Positions 9,368-20,791 of a stretch of 64,000 bases of DNA are shown here, piece by piece (within the stretch, counting starts at the first letter, position 1; the number at the start of each line of letters is the position of its first letter). The notes under the pieces are model-generated. The model was not told the DNA's origin. It ran no database searches and saw only the letters and a list, made by a program, of their open reading frames with translations. The DNA is from Candidatus Acidiferrum typicum (lineage in GTDB: Bacteria; Acidobacteriota; Terriglobia; Acidiferrales; UBA7541), in assembly GCA_025463055.1 (NCBI GenBank), contig JAOAPV010000040.1:15091-79090 (forward strand). The letters run 5' to 3'. A program made the position numbers and the translations under genes.

Positions 9368-10980
9368 TTGATTTTGGACGCCGTGGCCAGGTAAGACTTG
9401 GCCTCGCTGAGCTCGGCGCGATCGGCTGACGGCGCTGAAGTCTCCATGAGCTTTGCGTAATAGGCGTTTGCAGCCGCAGCGTCGCCGGCCAATTGCGCGG
9501 CGTGCGCGGCTCCGTAGAGTGAATCGAATCGATGCGGGGAATTCTTCAGCGCGGCTTTGTATTCGGTGAGAGCTTCGGACGGGCGCTTGAGCTCGAGCAG
9601 CATGTCGGCGAGCATTTCGCGCGCGGGCATGGCCAGCGAGTCCACGCCGTCTGCATCTTCACGATCTGCCGCGGAGCGCAGCGTCTTCACCGCGTCGTCA
9701 GTTTTGCGTTCGGCCAACGCGACCCACCCTTCCACTTCCATTTGCTCGACACTCTTATCGGGAGTTTTGTTTCCGTGATGGTGTGATTTGCCCTGCTCCT
9801 CCGAGCTGATATCGACAAATTTTGCAAGGTTTTGGCGGGCGGCGCCGGCGTCACGCAAGTGGGCGGCGGCTATCGAGCGGACGCGGTAGGTTGATTCTTG
9901 CGACTCGCGCGGGACTTGCGGAATGGCCAACGCGGCGGCTTCTTTCCAACGGTGCGATTCGAATGCGTTGCGTGCAGCGAACCACGCTTGATGCTCGGCA
10001 ATCGATTCGTCGTCCGCGCCGGGCACATTCTCCAACTCTTTCACCATCTCGCGGGCCTTGGATTCTTGTCCACTTTGCAGGTAGGAATAATTCAGGAAGT
10101 CGAGGGCGTGGAATTGGTAGTGCGGCGCGGAGCGGTGTTCGTGGGTAGCTTTGGCGGCGGACGCAGAGGCGGCGATATTCGATGATATGGATTCTTGCCA
10201 CAGACCCAGGCGGACAAAAATGTGTGAGGGCATGTGCAGCGCGTGAGAAGAATCTGGAGCGATTTTGGAGTAGGCGCGAGCTGCTTCGAGCCCCTGTGGG
10301 GCAAATTCCGGCGTATCCGTCGCATGGATTAGGTAATGCGCGGGACCCGGATTATTCGGCGCCTTGCGGCACAGAGGCTCGAGGATAGCGATGGCGGCTA
10401 TGCGGTTTGGTTGCGCGTCGACCTCTTGCTGCTCTGCCAACGCGACGAGTGATAGCGCATAAAATGCCGCGGCATTCACATCATCGGCGTGTTTCTTGTG
10501 CAATTCCGCGAGAGCTGTGGAGTACGCTTGGACACGTTGTGTCTCGCTCAGTTTTGAATCTGCGAGGTAAAACGCCGCGGCTGCGGCGATGTAGCCGCGT
10601 TCGCGTTCAGTGGATGCGCCTGCCGCTTGGGCGTGCTGAATCTCCTCCGCACCATGTTTCAGCGACCTCTCCGAGGGAAATTCCCAGAGCTGCTCGTAAT
10701 GCGTCATGGCCTTGCCCCAATACGCGAGCGCGCACTTCGGATCGCGCTTGGCGGCTTCGCTGAAGCTTTGGTCAGCTTGCTTGTACTGAAACGAATGCAA
10801 GAGGGCGACACCGGTTTCCATGGAGGGCTGCGCTTCGGGGCCGCAGCTCGTGGGGAAATTGACCTGGCCTAGCCGTGGCGGAGGCGCCGCTACCTGGGAG
10901 CGTACAAGATTCGGAGCCGGGGTCCCCAGGCAAAGAAGGAAGGAAAGCAGGCCCACAATCAAGGGTGTGATACGCAACAT
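9364..10980 (-). CDS. secreted TPR-repeat protein
   Basis: 538 aa with a signal peptide and repeated A/Y/L-rich helical pairs (e.g. ALAYWGKAM, AAFYLADS, ANAYYAKLME). Translationally coupled to the downstream OMP gene. Confidence 0.65.
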   Translation of the reverse strand: MLRITPLIVGLLSFLLCLGTPAPNLVRSQVAAPPPRLGQVNFPTSCGPEAQPSMETGVALLHSFQYKQADQSFSEAAKRDPKCALAYWGKAMTHYEQLWEFPSERSLKHGAEEIQHAQAAGASTERERGYIAAAAAFYLADSKLSETQRVQAYSTALAELHKKHADDVNAAAFYALSLVALAEQQEVDAQPNRIAAIAILEPLCRKAPNNPGPAHYLIHATDTPEFAPQGLEAARAYSKIAPDSSHALHMPSHIFVRLGLWQESISSNIAASASAAKATHEHRSAPHYQFHALDFLNYSYLQSGQESKAREMVKELENVPGADDESIAEHQAWFAARNAFESHRWKEAAALAIPQVPRESQESTYRVRSIAAAHLRDAGAARQNLAKFVDISSEEQGKSHHHGNKTPDKSVEQMEVEGWVALAERKTDDAVKTLRSAADREDADGVDSLAMPAREMLADMLLELKRPSEALTEYKAALKNSPHRFDSLYGAAHAAQLAGDAAAANAYYAKLMETSAPSADRAELSEAKSYLATASKIK

Positions 10981-11393
10981 GGTTGTGAACTCCTGCTCGC
11001 GATTCTACGCTCGTGGGCAGTTGGCGTTCCATTTTGTTCTGGCCATTTTTGTTGGACGATGTCTGCTTGGACGCCAGTTTGCTCGACGTAATTGTGGTGT
11101 TGGGGCGAGGGGCGGGCAATTCCTGCTGGCATGCTGTTAGAATATGGGCCGGAGCGGTACTTCGAAGCAGGTGCGGGTACGAAAGCCATTTGAACCAATG
11201 GCGAATCTCTGAGGAGCTGCGGATAGTCATCCTGTGTGCACGGCCTGTCCCGCTGGCGTTCCGAAAATTTCGGGAAGCCAGCGGGGCAGGAAAGCCTAAC
11301 GGCTGGCTCGTGGCGCCCACTTAATTCAGAGGTTCATGGCCTAGTCCCCACGGCCGAGCAGTCCGCTCCATTTTTGTGTTTGGGGGCGCGGGA

Positions 11394-11774
11394 ATGTCTA
11401 ATCGGAGCGCGCGCGGAAAGCTCTGGATGGTGATCCTAAACGCGGCAGGCATAGCATCTTCGTTTACATGGTTTGGGTACATCGCTGCGGTTGAACATTT
11501 CGATGCTACCCGGCCCGTCAAGCCGGATTCCGTCAAGGGAACGGTCATTCCTCAAAACAATCACGGACATATCGTCTATCTGACGGAGAAGGAACAAGAA
11601 CAATTAGTCGCTTTGCAAAGAGTCTCGATCGGTCTCGCGTTAGTCGCTACCCTGGCCACGTATTTTTACAAGAACACGTATTTTTACAAGAACACGTATT
11701 TTTACAAGAAGACGACCGGAAAATTACCGAATTTGATGGCAAGCCCGTTCACAACCAGGAAGAGATTGCAGTAA
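11394..11774 (+). CDS. small membrane protein with in-frame YFYKNT tandem repeat
   Basis: ATG at 11394 (MSNRSARGKLWMVILNAAGIASSFTWFGYIAAV). A second hydrophobic segment is followed by YFYKNTYFYKNTYFYKKT. Confidence 0.5.
   Translation: MSNRSARGKLWMVILNAAGIASSFTWFGYIAAVEHFDATRPVKPDSVKGTVIPQNNHGHIVYLTEKEQEQLVALQRVSIGLALVATLATYFYKNTYFYKNTYFYKKTTGKLPNLMASPFTTRKRLQ
11658..11711. repeat. 18-bp direct tandem repeat x3 (ACGTATTTTTACAAGAAC)
   Basis: Read directly. Copies at 11658-75, 11676-93 and 11694-711; the last base of copy 3 differs. The repeat is in-frame within the CDS. Confidence 0.95.
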
Positions 11775-11790
11775 TTCGGTAGGTATAAGA

Positions 11791-12594
11791 ATGCGCGTAC
11801 TTTTTATTGGCGACATTGTGGGTTCGCCCGGGCGGCAAATTGTGCAGGACCGGCTGGTGGACATCGTCTCGCAGCGGCAAATCGATCTGGTGATCGCTAA
11901 TGGCGAAAATGCCGCTTCGGGTTTCGGAATTACACCGCGCCTTGCCGACGAGCTGCTTGGGATGGGCATCGAGGTTCTCACCGGCGGCAATCACAGTTGG
12001 GACCGCAAAGAAATTCTCGAGTACTTGCCACACCAGCCGAGATTGTTGCGGCCGGGCAATTTTCCAGAGGGCGTGCCAGGGACCGGCACTTACGTTGGGG
12101 TTGCGAAGAACGGCACTAAGTTTGCCGTCCTGAACTTGCAGGGTCGCGTGTTTCTGACCCCCATTGATGATCCTTTTCGCAAGGCCGATGCAGAACTTGC
12201 CAAACTGCCGGCGGACGTGGCGTTCGTTTTCGTCGATATGCACGCGGAGACAACCAGCGAGAAGATGGCTATGGGCTGGTACCTCGACGGCCGCGTGACT
12301 GCCGTGGTCGGCACACACACCCACGTAGCCACCGCAGACGAGCACGTTCTACCGCAGGGCACCGCGTACATTACGGATGTGGGCATGACGGGCCCGCACG
12401 GCGGGGTTATAGGGATGGATCGCGACGGAATCATCAAGCGGTTCCTCGACGGACTCCCCGCGCGCTTTGAGGTTGCCTCCGGCGACGTGCAGATGAATTG
12501 CGTGCTGATCGAAACGGATGACGCCGGGGAACGGAATGCGGCGGGGCGGCTACGAGCTCGTTCCATCGAGCGGCTGCGATTGCATATCGATTGA
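11791..12594 (+). CDS. ymdB: YmdB-family metallophosphoesterase (2',3'-cyclic-nucleotide phosphodiesterase-like)
   Basis: MRVLFIGDIVGSPGR...VIANGENAASGFGIT...GGNHSWD...DMHAETTSEK...GTHTHV. These are calcineurin-like metal ligands in the YmdB order. Confidence 0.85.
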   Translation: MRVLFIGDIVGSPGRQIVQDRLVDIVSQRQIDLVIANGENAASGFGITPRLADELLGMGIEVLTGGNHSWDRKEILEYLPHQPRLLRPGNFPEGVPGTGTYVGVAKNGTKFAVLNLQGRVFLTPIDDPFRKADAELAKLPADVAFVFVDMHAETTSEKMAMGWYLDGRVTAVVGTHTHVATADEHVLPQGTAYITDVGMTGPHGGVIGMDRDGIIKRFLDGLPARFEVASGDVQMNCVLIETDDAGERNAAGRLRARSIERLRLHID

Positions 12595-12681
12595 ACGGTG
12601 ATTGACCGGTCGCGCAACCTCGCGAGATTTAGTGACGTCTGAGTAGTCATCATCTTTGGTGCAAGAAAAGGCGGCACTTGC

Positions 12682-13674
12682 GTGAAAATCCCAGCGACTT
12701 TGTGTCTGCTCGCGTGCCTGGCAACCACTAGTTTCGCTCAAGATGAAGGCGAGCTGACGGCTAAAGCCCGCGTTCTCAGCACGATCGGGCCGGGATTGCG
12801 TTCGGTCCGAATCGGGGTAGATGGAAATACGTACGTACTGACCGCGCCGGCCGCCTATGTGTCTGTCTTTGGCAAGGATGGGAAGCTCCGAAAGAACATT
12901 CCGGACTATTCCGGGTCGGACGGGCCGCAAGCGGCAGAGCTCCGGGCCATTCGCTTCGGCGAAAGCATGGACGTCGACGCGTCCGGCACGGTTTATGTCG
13001 CAGACCGGGAGGCGAACGCGGTAAAAATCTGGGACGCAACCGGAAACGCGCGCATGGCTCAAGTGAGAGCCCCCCTATCGGTCGCCGCGCTGCCGGATGG
13101 CGAAGTGGCGGTCGCAACGTTGCGTGAGCCGCACCTGGTCATTGTCTTCGACAAACATGGACGGGACGTGCGCGAATTTGGTGACCCGGAACAAATCAGC
13201 GATCGCACCGATCTCAATAGATTCCTGAATGTTGGCCAGCTCGCTGCCGACGCAAAGGGCCATCTTTTCTATGGGTTCGCCTATACTCCGGAGCCGACCG
13301 TGCGTGAATATGACCGCTTCGGCTACGCTGGCCAGGACATGCAATACACGGCGCTCGAGGCAGCACCGGAGGCCCAGGCTATTCGGCGTGAAATCCGCCG
13401 GCAAGAGAAAAAAAGCGGCGGGCCGATTTTCAAACGGGTCCTGAACGCTATAGGCGTGGACCGCGAATCTGGCGACGTCTGGATGGCCGTGGGTAATGAA
13501 ATTTTTCGATTCGACAAAGAAGGCACGCGCCGGGGTGGATACAAGCTCTACACTCCGGAAGGCGCGCGACTCGAACCGAATATCGTTCTCGTGGAAAAAG
13601 ATCGTTTGATGATCGGCAGCGACCCTTTGGGCATCTATGTGTTCGAGCGGCCGGATAAAAAAAATTTACAATAG
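12682..13674 (+). CDS. secreted beta-propeller-like protein with NHL-like repeat(s)
   Basis: Signal peptide MKIPATLCLLACLATTSFAQ. DASGTVYVADREANAVKIWD resembles an NHL repeat. Confidence 0.5.
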   Translation: MKIPATLCLLACLATTSFAQDEGELTAKARVLSTIGPGLRSVRIGVDGNTYVLTAPAAYVSVFGKDGKLRKNIPDYSGSDGPQAAELRAIRFGESMDVDASGTVYVADREANAVKIWDATGNARMAQVRAPLSVAALPDGEVAVATLREPHLVIVFDKHGRDVREFGDPEQISDRTDLNRFLNVGQLAADAKGHLFYGFAYTPEPTVREYDRFGYAGQDMQYTALEAAPEAQAIRREIRRQEKKSGGPIFKRVLNAIGVDRESGDVWMAVGNEIFRFDKEGTRRGGYKLYTPEGARLEPNIVLVEKDRLMIGSDPLGIYVFERPDKKNLQ

Positions 13675-13796
13675 TCGGAGTTTTCCTCAGGTCTTGCTTG
13701 TGCATCTTTCAAAGAAGCGGCGTGCACCTTGTAATTTTTTCGCAAAATTCCCTTTCGAATCAGCGCATATCCAGTTGCGAGGCTGGTTTCTTGGCT

Positions 13797-14062
13797 TGTG
13801 GAAAAACTGTGCACGGCATGTGAACGCTCGCTAACTGCTTGGCGCACTTTTCACTTGCCCCGTGCGCTTCAATCGGCGACAATCCCGCGCTGTCTGATAG
13901 CAGTAAGGGAGAGGGCCGAGAATTTCGCAGTAACGCGCGAGGCTTCAGGGGCAATCGGGAAGCTCGGCGCGGGAAGACCCCGAAGTACTGAACAAACGAT
14001 AGAGCGGTATACTGAATTTTGCTTTCCACAACTTTTTCACATCTGTGGAAATAGCTAAGGTG
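13797..14062. promoter_or_regulatory. DnaA-box-like sites upstream of dnaA
   Basis: TGTGGAAAA at 13797-13805 (1 mismatch to TGTGGATAA). Inverted pair CTTTCCACA (14032-40) and TGTGGAAAT (14054-62), which is TTTCCACA-N13-TGTGGAAA, lies just before the dnaA ATG at 14077. Confidence 0.5.
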
Positions 14063-14076
14063 CATCTTTTTCTCTA

Positions 14077-15432
14077 ATGACAGCTGCTGCCAATACGGCG
14101 CGTGAGCGCGAACCAGTCAACGCATGGGACAAGTTCCTGGAACTCGTCAAGTCCAGGGTTAGCATTAACACCTACACTACCTGGTTTCAGCCTACCCGCC
14201 TGAACCGCGCGGATGGCGACACTCTGTACGTCCAGATCCCCAGCACGGTCTTCCGTCAGGTACTCACACGGACCTACGGCGACATCGTGAAGGCTGTTTT
14301 CCACCAACTGGGCACACCCAACTCAAAGGTTCAATACGTATGCACGGAAGAAGAGGCCGCGCCGGCTCCCGCTGCGGCACCTCCAAAGCAGTCGAGGCTG
14401 GATTTCGAGACTAACGACCACCAGCTCAATGCCCGGTACACGTTCGACAGCTTCGTCGTTGGCAAGTCCAACGAATTTGCGCACGCGGCGTCCCGCGCGG
14501 TAGCCGAGCAGCCTTCTAAGGCGTACAACCCGCTGTTCCTCTATGGCGGCGTGGGTATGGGCAAGACCCACTTGATGCACGCCATCGGACACACGATCAA
14601 GAAGCGCAATCCTGCCATGCGCCTGTGCTATGTGAGCGCCGAGAAGTTCACCATCGAAGTCATCAATTCACTGCGCTTCGACCGCATGATCACTTTCCGC
14701 GACCGTTTTCACACGGTGGACGTGTTGCTGGTGGACGATATTCAATTCATTGCCGGCAAAGAGCGCACGCAGGAAGAGTTCTTCCACACCTTCAACGCGC
14801 TCTATGAGCAGCAGAAGCAAATCGTGATCTCGTCCGACTGCTTGCCGAAAGATATCAATTCGATTGAAGAGCGGTTGCGCTCGCGCTTCGAGTGGGGTCT
14901 TATCGCGGATATTCAGCCGCCCGATCTTGAAACGAAGATCGCCATTTTGCAGAAGAAAGCCGAGAATGACCGCTTTCCTTTGCCCGACGACGTAGCCGAA
15001 TACATCGCCCGGGCCATCAAGTCCAACGTGCGCGAGCTGGAAGGCGCGCTGACCCGTCTGATGGCTTACGCTTCGCTTACAGGCGCTACGGTCTCGCTGG
15101 CCACTGCTCAACAAGTGCTGCGCAACATCATCGCTTCGCAGGAAAAGCGCGTCACGATTGACTTGATTCAAAAACGCGTCAGCGAACATTTCAATCTGCG
15201 CGAGCAGGATCTGAAGGTTCGCAGTAACACGCGCGCCATTGCTTTCCCGCGCCAGGTGGCCATGTACATAGTCAAGCAGCTCACTACCGCATCGCTACCA
15301 GAGATTGGCCGTCAATTCGGGGGCAAGCACCACACCACCGTGCTTCACTCAATCAATAAAATCGAAGAATTGCGCCGTTCCGACAAAGATCTCAATCGCG
15401 TAATCACTCGCCTGATGGACGCCCTGCAGTAA
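14077..15432 (+). CDS. dnaA: chromosomal replication initiator protein DnaA
   Basis: 451 aa. Walker A GGVGMGKTHL, the VDDIQF box, sensor/arginine-finger region, and the C-terminal DNA-binding helix ..GGKHHTTVLHSINKIE. Confidence 0.97.
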   Translation: MTAAANTAREREPVNAWDKFLELVKSRVSINTYTTWFQPTRLNRADGDTLYVQIPSTVFRQVLTRTYGDIVKAVFHQLGTPNSKVQYVCTEEEAAPAPAAAPPKQSRLDFETNDHQLNARYTFDSFVVGKSNEFAHAASRAVAEQPSKAYNPLFLYGGVGMGKTHLMHAIGHTIKKRNPAMRLCYVSAEKFTIEVINSLRFDRMITFRDRFHTVDVLLVDDIQFIAGKERTQEEFFHTFNALYEQQKQIVISSDCLPKDINSIEERLRSRFEWGLIADIQPPDLETKIAILQKKAENDRFPLPDDVAEYIARAIKSNVRELEGALTRLMAYASLTGATVSLATAQQVLRNIIASQEKRVTIDLIQKRVSEHFNLREQDLKVRSNTRAIAFPRQVAMYIVKQLTTASLPEIGRQFGGKHHTTVLHSINKIEELRRSDKDLNRVITRLMDALQ

Positions 15433-16072
15433 TTAAGTCCGCAGATATCCAGACATCGTCAGATTCGCGCTCCACGCCAGCAGCGTTGGTAATGCTGGCA
15501 TCTTGCAGGCGCGTGTCTTCCCACGAATCATCTGCCACGTTGCACTCCGCCAACTCCGCGCAATAAATCACCTGTCCGATCGACCTCACACCGCTAAATT
15601 GACCTGTGAACATCATCTGGGAATCGTTTGAAATTTCTGTTGATGACGTTGGATGAAAAGCGAGCTACTCGTGATGCGTGGATGAGCAAGGGGCACTTTT
15701 CCTCTGTTCGCACACTCCGCCACTGGGGAACACGCCTCGTATCCGACGCGGAACAAGTTAGTTGGAACGCTTTCCACTAATCCACAGCGATCATCACAAC
15801 AACAAGGGTCCATCGTTTCTAAAAATAGCTTTTGAAGAACTAAGTGTGTTGGATCTGTGATAGTGATTTTCGTTGTTGATAAAAATCCTTTGCGGCGGAG
15901 TGAGCGTCTCGGCGATGCGAACAAATACGTGAATGCAGCCAGACTGCATCGTGATCTCCACTCATTTCCACAGCCAGGAATCTTCCTTGGGACTTTCTAC
16001 TTCCTTGAAAAACGAGTAGAGTACGGCAGCAGTCGAGAACACCATTGACCGCTCCGCGGTCGCAAGGTAACA
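15433..16072. other. candidate oriC (dnaA-dnaN intergenic region with DnaA boxes and A/T-rich stretches)
   Basis: 640 bp with no convincing ORF. TAATCCACA at 15778-86 (1 mismatch) is preceded by TTTCCAC. ATTTCCACA at 15964-72. Weaker boxes near 15445 and 15675. A/T-rich stretches around 15816-15845 and 15862-15892. Confidence 0.45.
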
Positions 16073-16111
16073 ATGACAGCACCTGCAACCGTTCGTGAGG
16101 ATTATCAAGCG

Positions 16112-17224
16112 ATGGAATTCAGCGTCTCAAAGTCCGCGCTGTTGAATGAGCTCAGCACAACGCAAGGCGTGGTCGAGCGCAAGACCACCATTCCCATCCT
16201 CTCCAATCTTTTGGTCGAAGCCAAAGGCAACCGCCTCAACATCACGGCTACCGACCTCGAGCTCAGCATTCGCACCTCTTGCGAAGCGAAAGTGAAAAAA
16301 GAAGGCGCCGGAACTATCCCCGCCAAAAAATTGCTTGAGCTCGTGCGCCTGCTTCCGGAAGGCGAAATCAAAGTCAGGCTGCTGGAAAATCATTGGGTGG
16401 AAATAGTCAGCGACCGCAAAAAATACAAGCTGGTCGGCATGGCCAAGGAAAATTTCCCTGCACTGCCGGCGATGCCGCACACCTTGGTGAAAATTTCCGC
16501 GCCCGTCATGGAAAGCCTCATCGCGAAGACAAAGTTTGCGATTTCGATGGAAGAATCGCGCTACACCCTCAATGGCGGCCTGCTCATCTTGAAGCCGGAC
16601 TCGCTGGCCATGGTGGCCACGGATGGTCACCGCTTGGCACTTGCGGAGACCGATCAGAAGCTTGCCGGACTCAATGGCGAGATGAAAGTGTTGATCCCTA
16701 AAAAGGCCATGGACGAAGTCGAGAAGCTGGCCGCGGCGGCGGGCTCCGATGCGCAGATCGATTTCGCCAAAGACGAAAGCAATCTCTTCTTCCAGGTAGG
16801 GCATCGTTTGCTGATCTCGCGCATACTTACCGGCCAGTTCCCGAATTACGAAGCGGTGCTGCCACGCGACAACACCAAGACGGTCGTAATTGAGCGGGGC
16901 GAACTCACCGATGCCGTGCGCCGCGTTTCTCAACTCGCCGATCAACGCTCGCATGCTGTGAAGCTGGCCGTCTCGAAGGACGGCATCGAGATCTCCGCGT
17001 CCAGCCCGGAATATGGCGAAGCCAAGGAAAATATCGACAAGGAATATAAGGGCGATCCCATCGCCATCGGTTTCAATTCAACGTACATGCTCGATTTTCT
17101 TTCCGCGGCTGCCGATGGTCCCGTCAGCATCGAGTTAAAAGACGAGCAGTCCGCCGGGCAGATGCGTCCGCTCGCTGACGAGAGTTACCGCTACCGTTAC
17201 ATCATCATGCCCATGCGCATTTGA
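16112..17224 (+). CDS. dnaN: DNA polymerase III beta sliding clamp
   Basis: MEFSVSKSALLNELSTTQGVVERKTTIPILSNLL... is typical of DnaN, with a C-terminal ..YIIMPMRI. An upstream ATG at 16073 (13 extra codons) is possible. Confidence 0.95.
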   Translation: MEFSVSKSALLNELSTTQGVVERKTTIPILSNLLVEAKGNRLNITATDLELSIRTSCEAKVKKEGAGTIPAKKLLELVRLLPEGEIKVRLLENHWVEIVSDRKKYKLVGMAKENFPALPAMPHTLVKISAPVMESLIAKTKFAISMEESRYTLNGGLLILKPDSLAMVATDGHRLALAETDQKLAGLNGEMKVLIPKKAMDEVEKLAAAAGSDAQIDFAKDESNLFFQVGHRLLISRILTGQFPNYEAVLPRDNTKTVVIERGELTDAVRRVSQLADQRSHAVKLAVSKDGIEISASSPEYGEAKENIDKEYKGDPIAIGFNSTYMLDFLSAAADGPVSIELKDEQSAGQMRPLADESYRYRYIIMPMRI

Positions 17225-17256
17225 TTGATCAGCGATTGAAATCGAAACCGTGGTTT

Positions 17257-17284
17257 GGCTAAGCCGGTGGGCTTAGTCGTTTAA
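17257..17284 (+). terminator. weak hairpin/terminator after dnaN
   Basis: Stem GGCTAAGCC, loop ggtg, stem GGCTTAGTC (9 bp including one G-U), followed only by GTTT. Confidence 0.35.
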
Positions 17285-17423
17285 AGAACAGCTAATTTTT
17301 CACCTGTTCGTGCCCACCAAAAATGAAGTGGTAATTTTAGGCAAAGATCCGCCAGTCGCCTGCGTTAACTCTTCCAACCTACTGAAATTAAGCAACTTAA
17401 TTAACACCGCATGGCGTGAGTGC

Positions 17424-17452
17424 TTGAGAAAAGCAGCCTGATCGAGTATAAT
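17424..17452 (+). promoter_or_regulatory. near-consensus sigma70 promoter in the dnaN-gyrB gap
   Basis: TTGAGA (17424-29), a 17-nt spacer, then TATAAT (17447-52), read directly. About 390 nt of non-coding sequence follows before the gyrB ATG. Confidence 0.6.
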
Positions 17453-17846
17453 TTCTGAGTACCAAATCGTTGTTAGGTTTCCTCTCAATCGGCCCGTCCC
17501 CGCAGTCTGGGACACGTCCGCCAAGTGAATGCGTCGGCAGTTTTCGGCTCCGCGCCAGGAGCCTTGCGCCGCGTCCTTGGAACGAAAGCCTGGCGAACTT
17601 CGCAACAAGTTCACTGGGTACCAAGCCTTCGCCACGTCTCGCTGCGCGAGACGGGATGGAGCAGAAACCCTACGAGTTTCGGTCGCACGCGGCCGGGGCC
17701 AAAGGGTAAGGCGACGCACGGAGAGAAGTTCGCATCCACGCCTTCCCTCGATATGAGTTTGTAGTGATTTTGGAGCGATGCGCGCTGTTCGCGTCTAACG
17801 GCGAAGCCTAGCGAATGCTCTAAGCAAGTTTTTGTCAGGAGAATGA

Positions 17847-20270
<2,424 letters not shown>

Positions 20271-20287
20271 TCGATGGCGCAGAGTTG

Positions 20288-20548
20288 ATGGTCGAACCGA
20301 GCAAGGGATCAACCCGCGATGCCGTGCGTTGGGGTTTGCTGCTGGCGGCGATAGCCGTGTCAGGTTACCGCCTGCCGCGCGTGTTTCGTAATTTCGAGGA
20401 GTGGCGCGCCTCGCTTGCGGTCGATCCTTCCGCAGCCGCTCTTTACCGGACGACTTTCATGGTCGAAGCTGTGGGAATCACGGTTGTTGTAGCGGTGGGC
20501 GTCGGGATTTTCTATCTTCTGCGTCCGCGAGCGACGAAGCCGACATGA
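20288..20548 (+). CDS. small hypothetical membrane protein
   Basis: First ATG of ORF 20267..20548. Two hydrophobic segments (WGLLLAAIAVSGY; AVGITVVVAVGVGIFYLL). Its stop overlaps the next ATG (ATGA). Confidence 0.35.
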   Translation: MVEPSKGSTRDAVRWGLLLAAIAVSGYRLPRVFRNFEEWRASLAVDPSAAALYRTTFMVEAVGITVVVAVGVGIFYLLRPRATKPT

Positions 20549-20790
20549 TGTACCAGTTGGGCTGGAGCACTTTGCCAGGGCTGCGCGGGCTAGCTTGCAG
20601 TGATTTCCGCGCCACGCCAACGGCAGCGCCGGACAATCACGCGGGCGTTGCGGTGGAATTCGCCAGCGAAACGCAGCGTGACGAATTCCTGCGGCAACTG
20701 GAGAGGAATTTCGCGGTGCGCCGCTTCACAAACGCCGCCGACGCTTTCGACACTGTGAAAGCGTACGTTTTTGAGCATGCGAGGAAATAA
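20545..20790 (+). CDS. small hypothetical protein
   Basis: Internal ATG of ORF 20401..20790 that forms an ATGA overlap with the previous ORF. Product MMYQLGWSTL...EFASETQRDEFLRQLERNFAVRRF...; no family recognised. Confidence 0.35.
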   Translation: MMYQLGWSTLPGLRGLACSDFRATPTAAPDNHAGVAVEFASETQRDEFLRQLERNFAVRRFTNAADAFDTVKAYVFEHARK

Positions 20791-20791
20791 A

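Noticed and set aside
11658-11711. Tandem repeats here and at 37944..38052, checked as possible CRISPR arrays.
   Set aside because: The repeats are head-to-tail without spacers (11658), or are only two REP-like units (37944). There are no cas genes. These are not CRISPR.
17300-17764. Five overlapping ORFs (75-139 aa, both strands) in the dnaN-gyrB gap.
   Set aside because: They overlap one another in several frames and the products are Arg/Ser/Pro-rich nonsense. The region is better explained as non-coding RNA or leader. I also looked for RNase P (GAGGAAAGTCCGGGC-type), tmRNA (tag ORF, CCA end) and SRP signatures and did not see them, so no RNA family is claimed.
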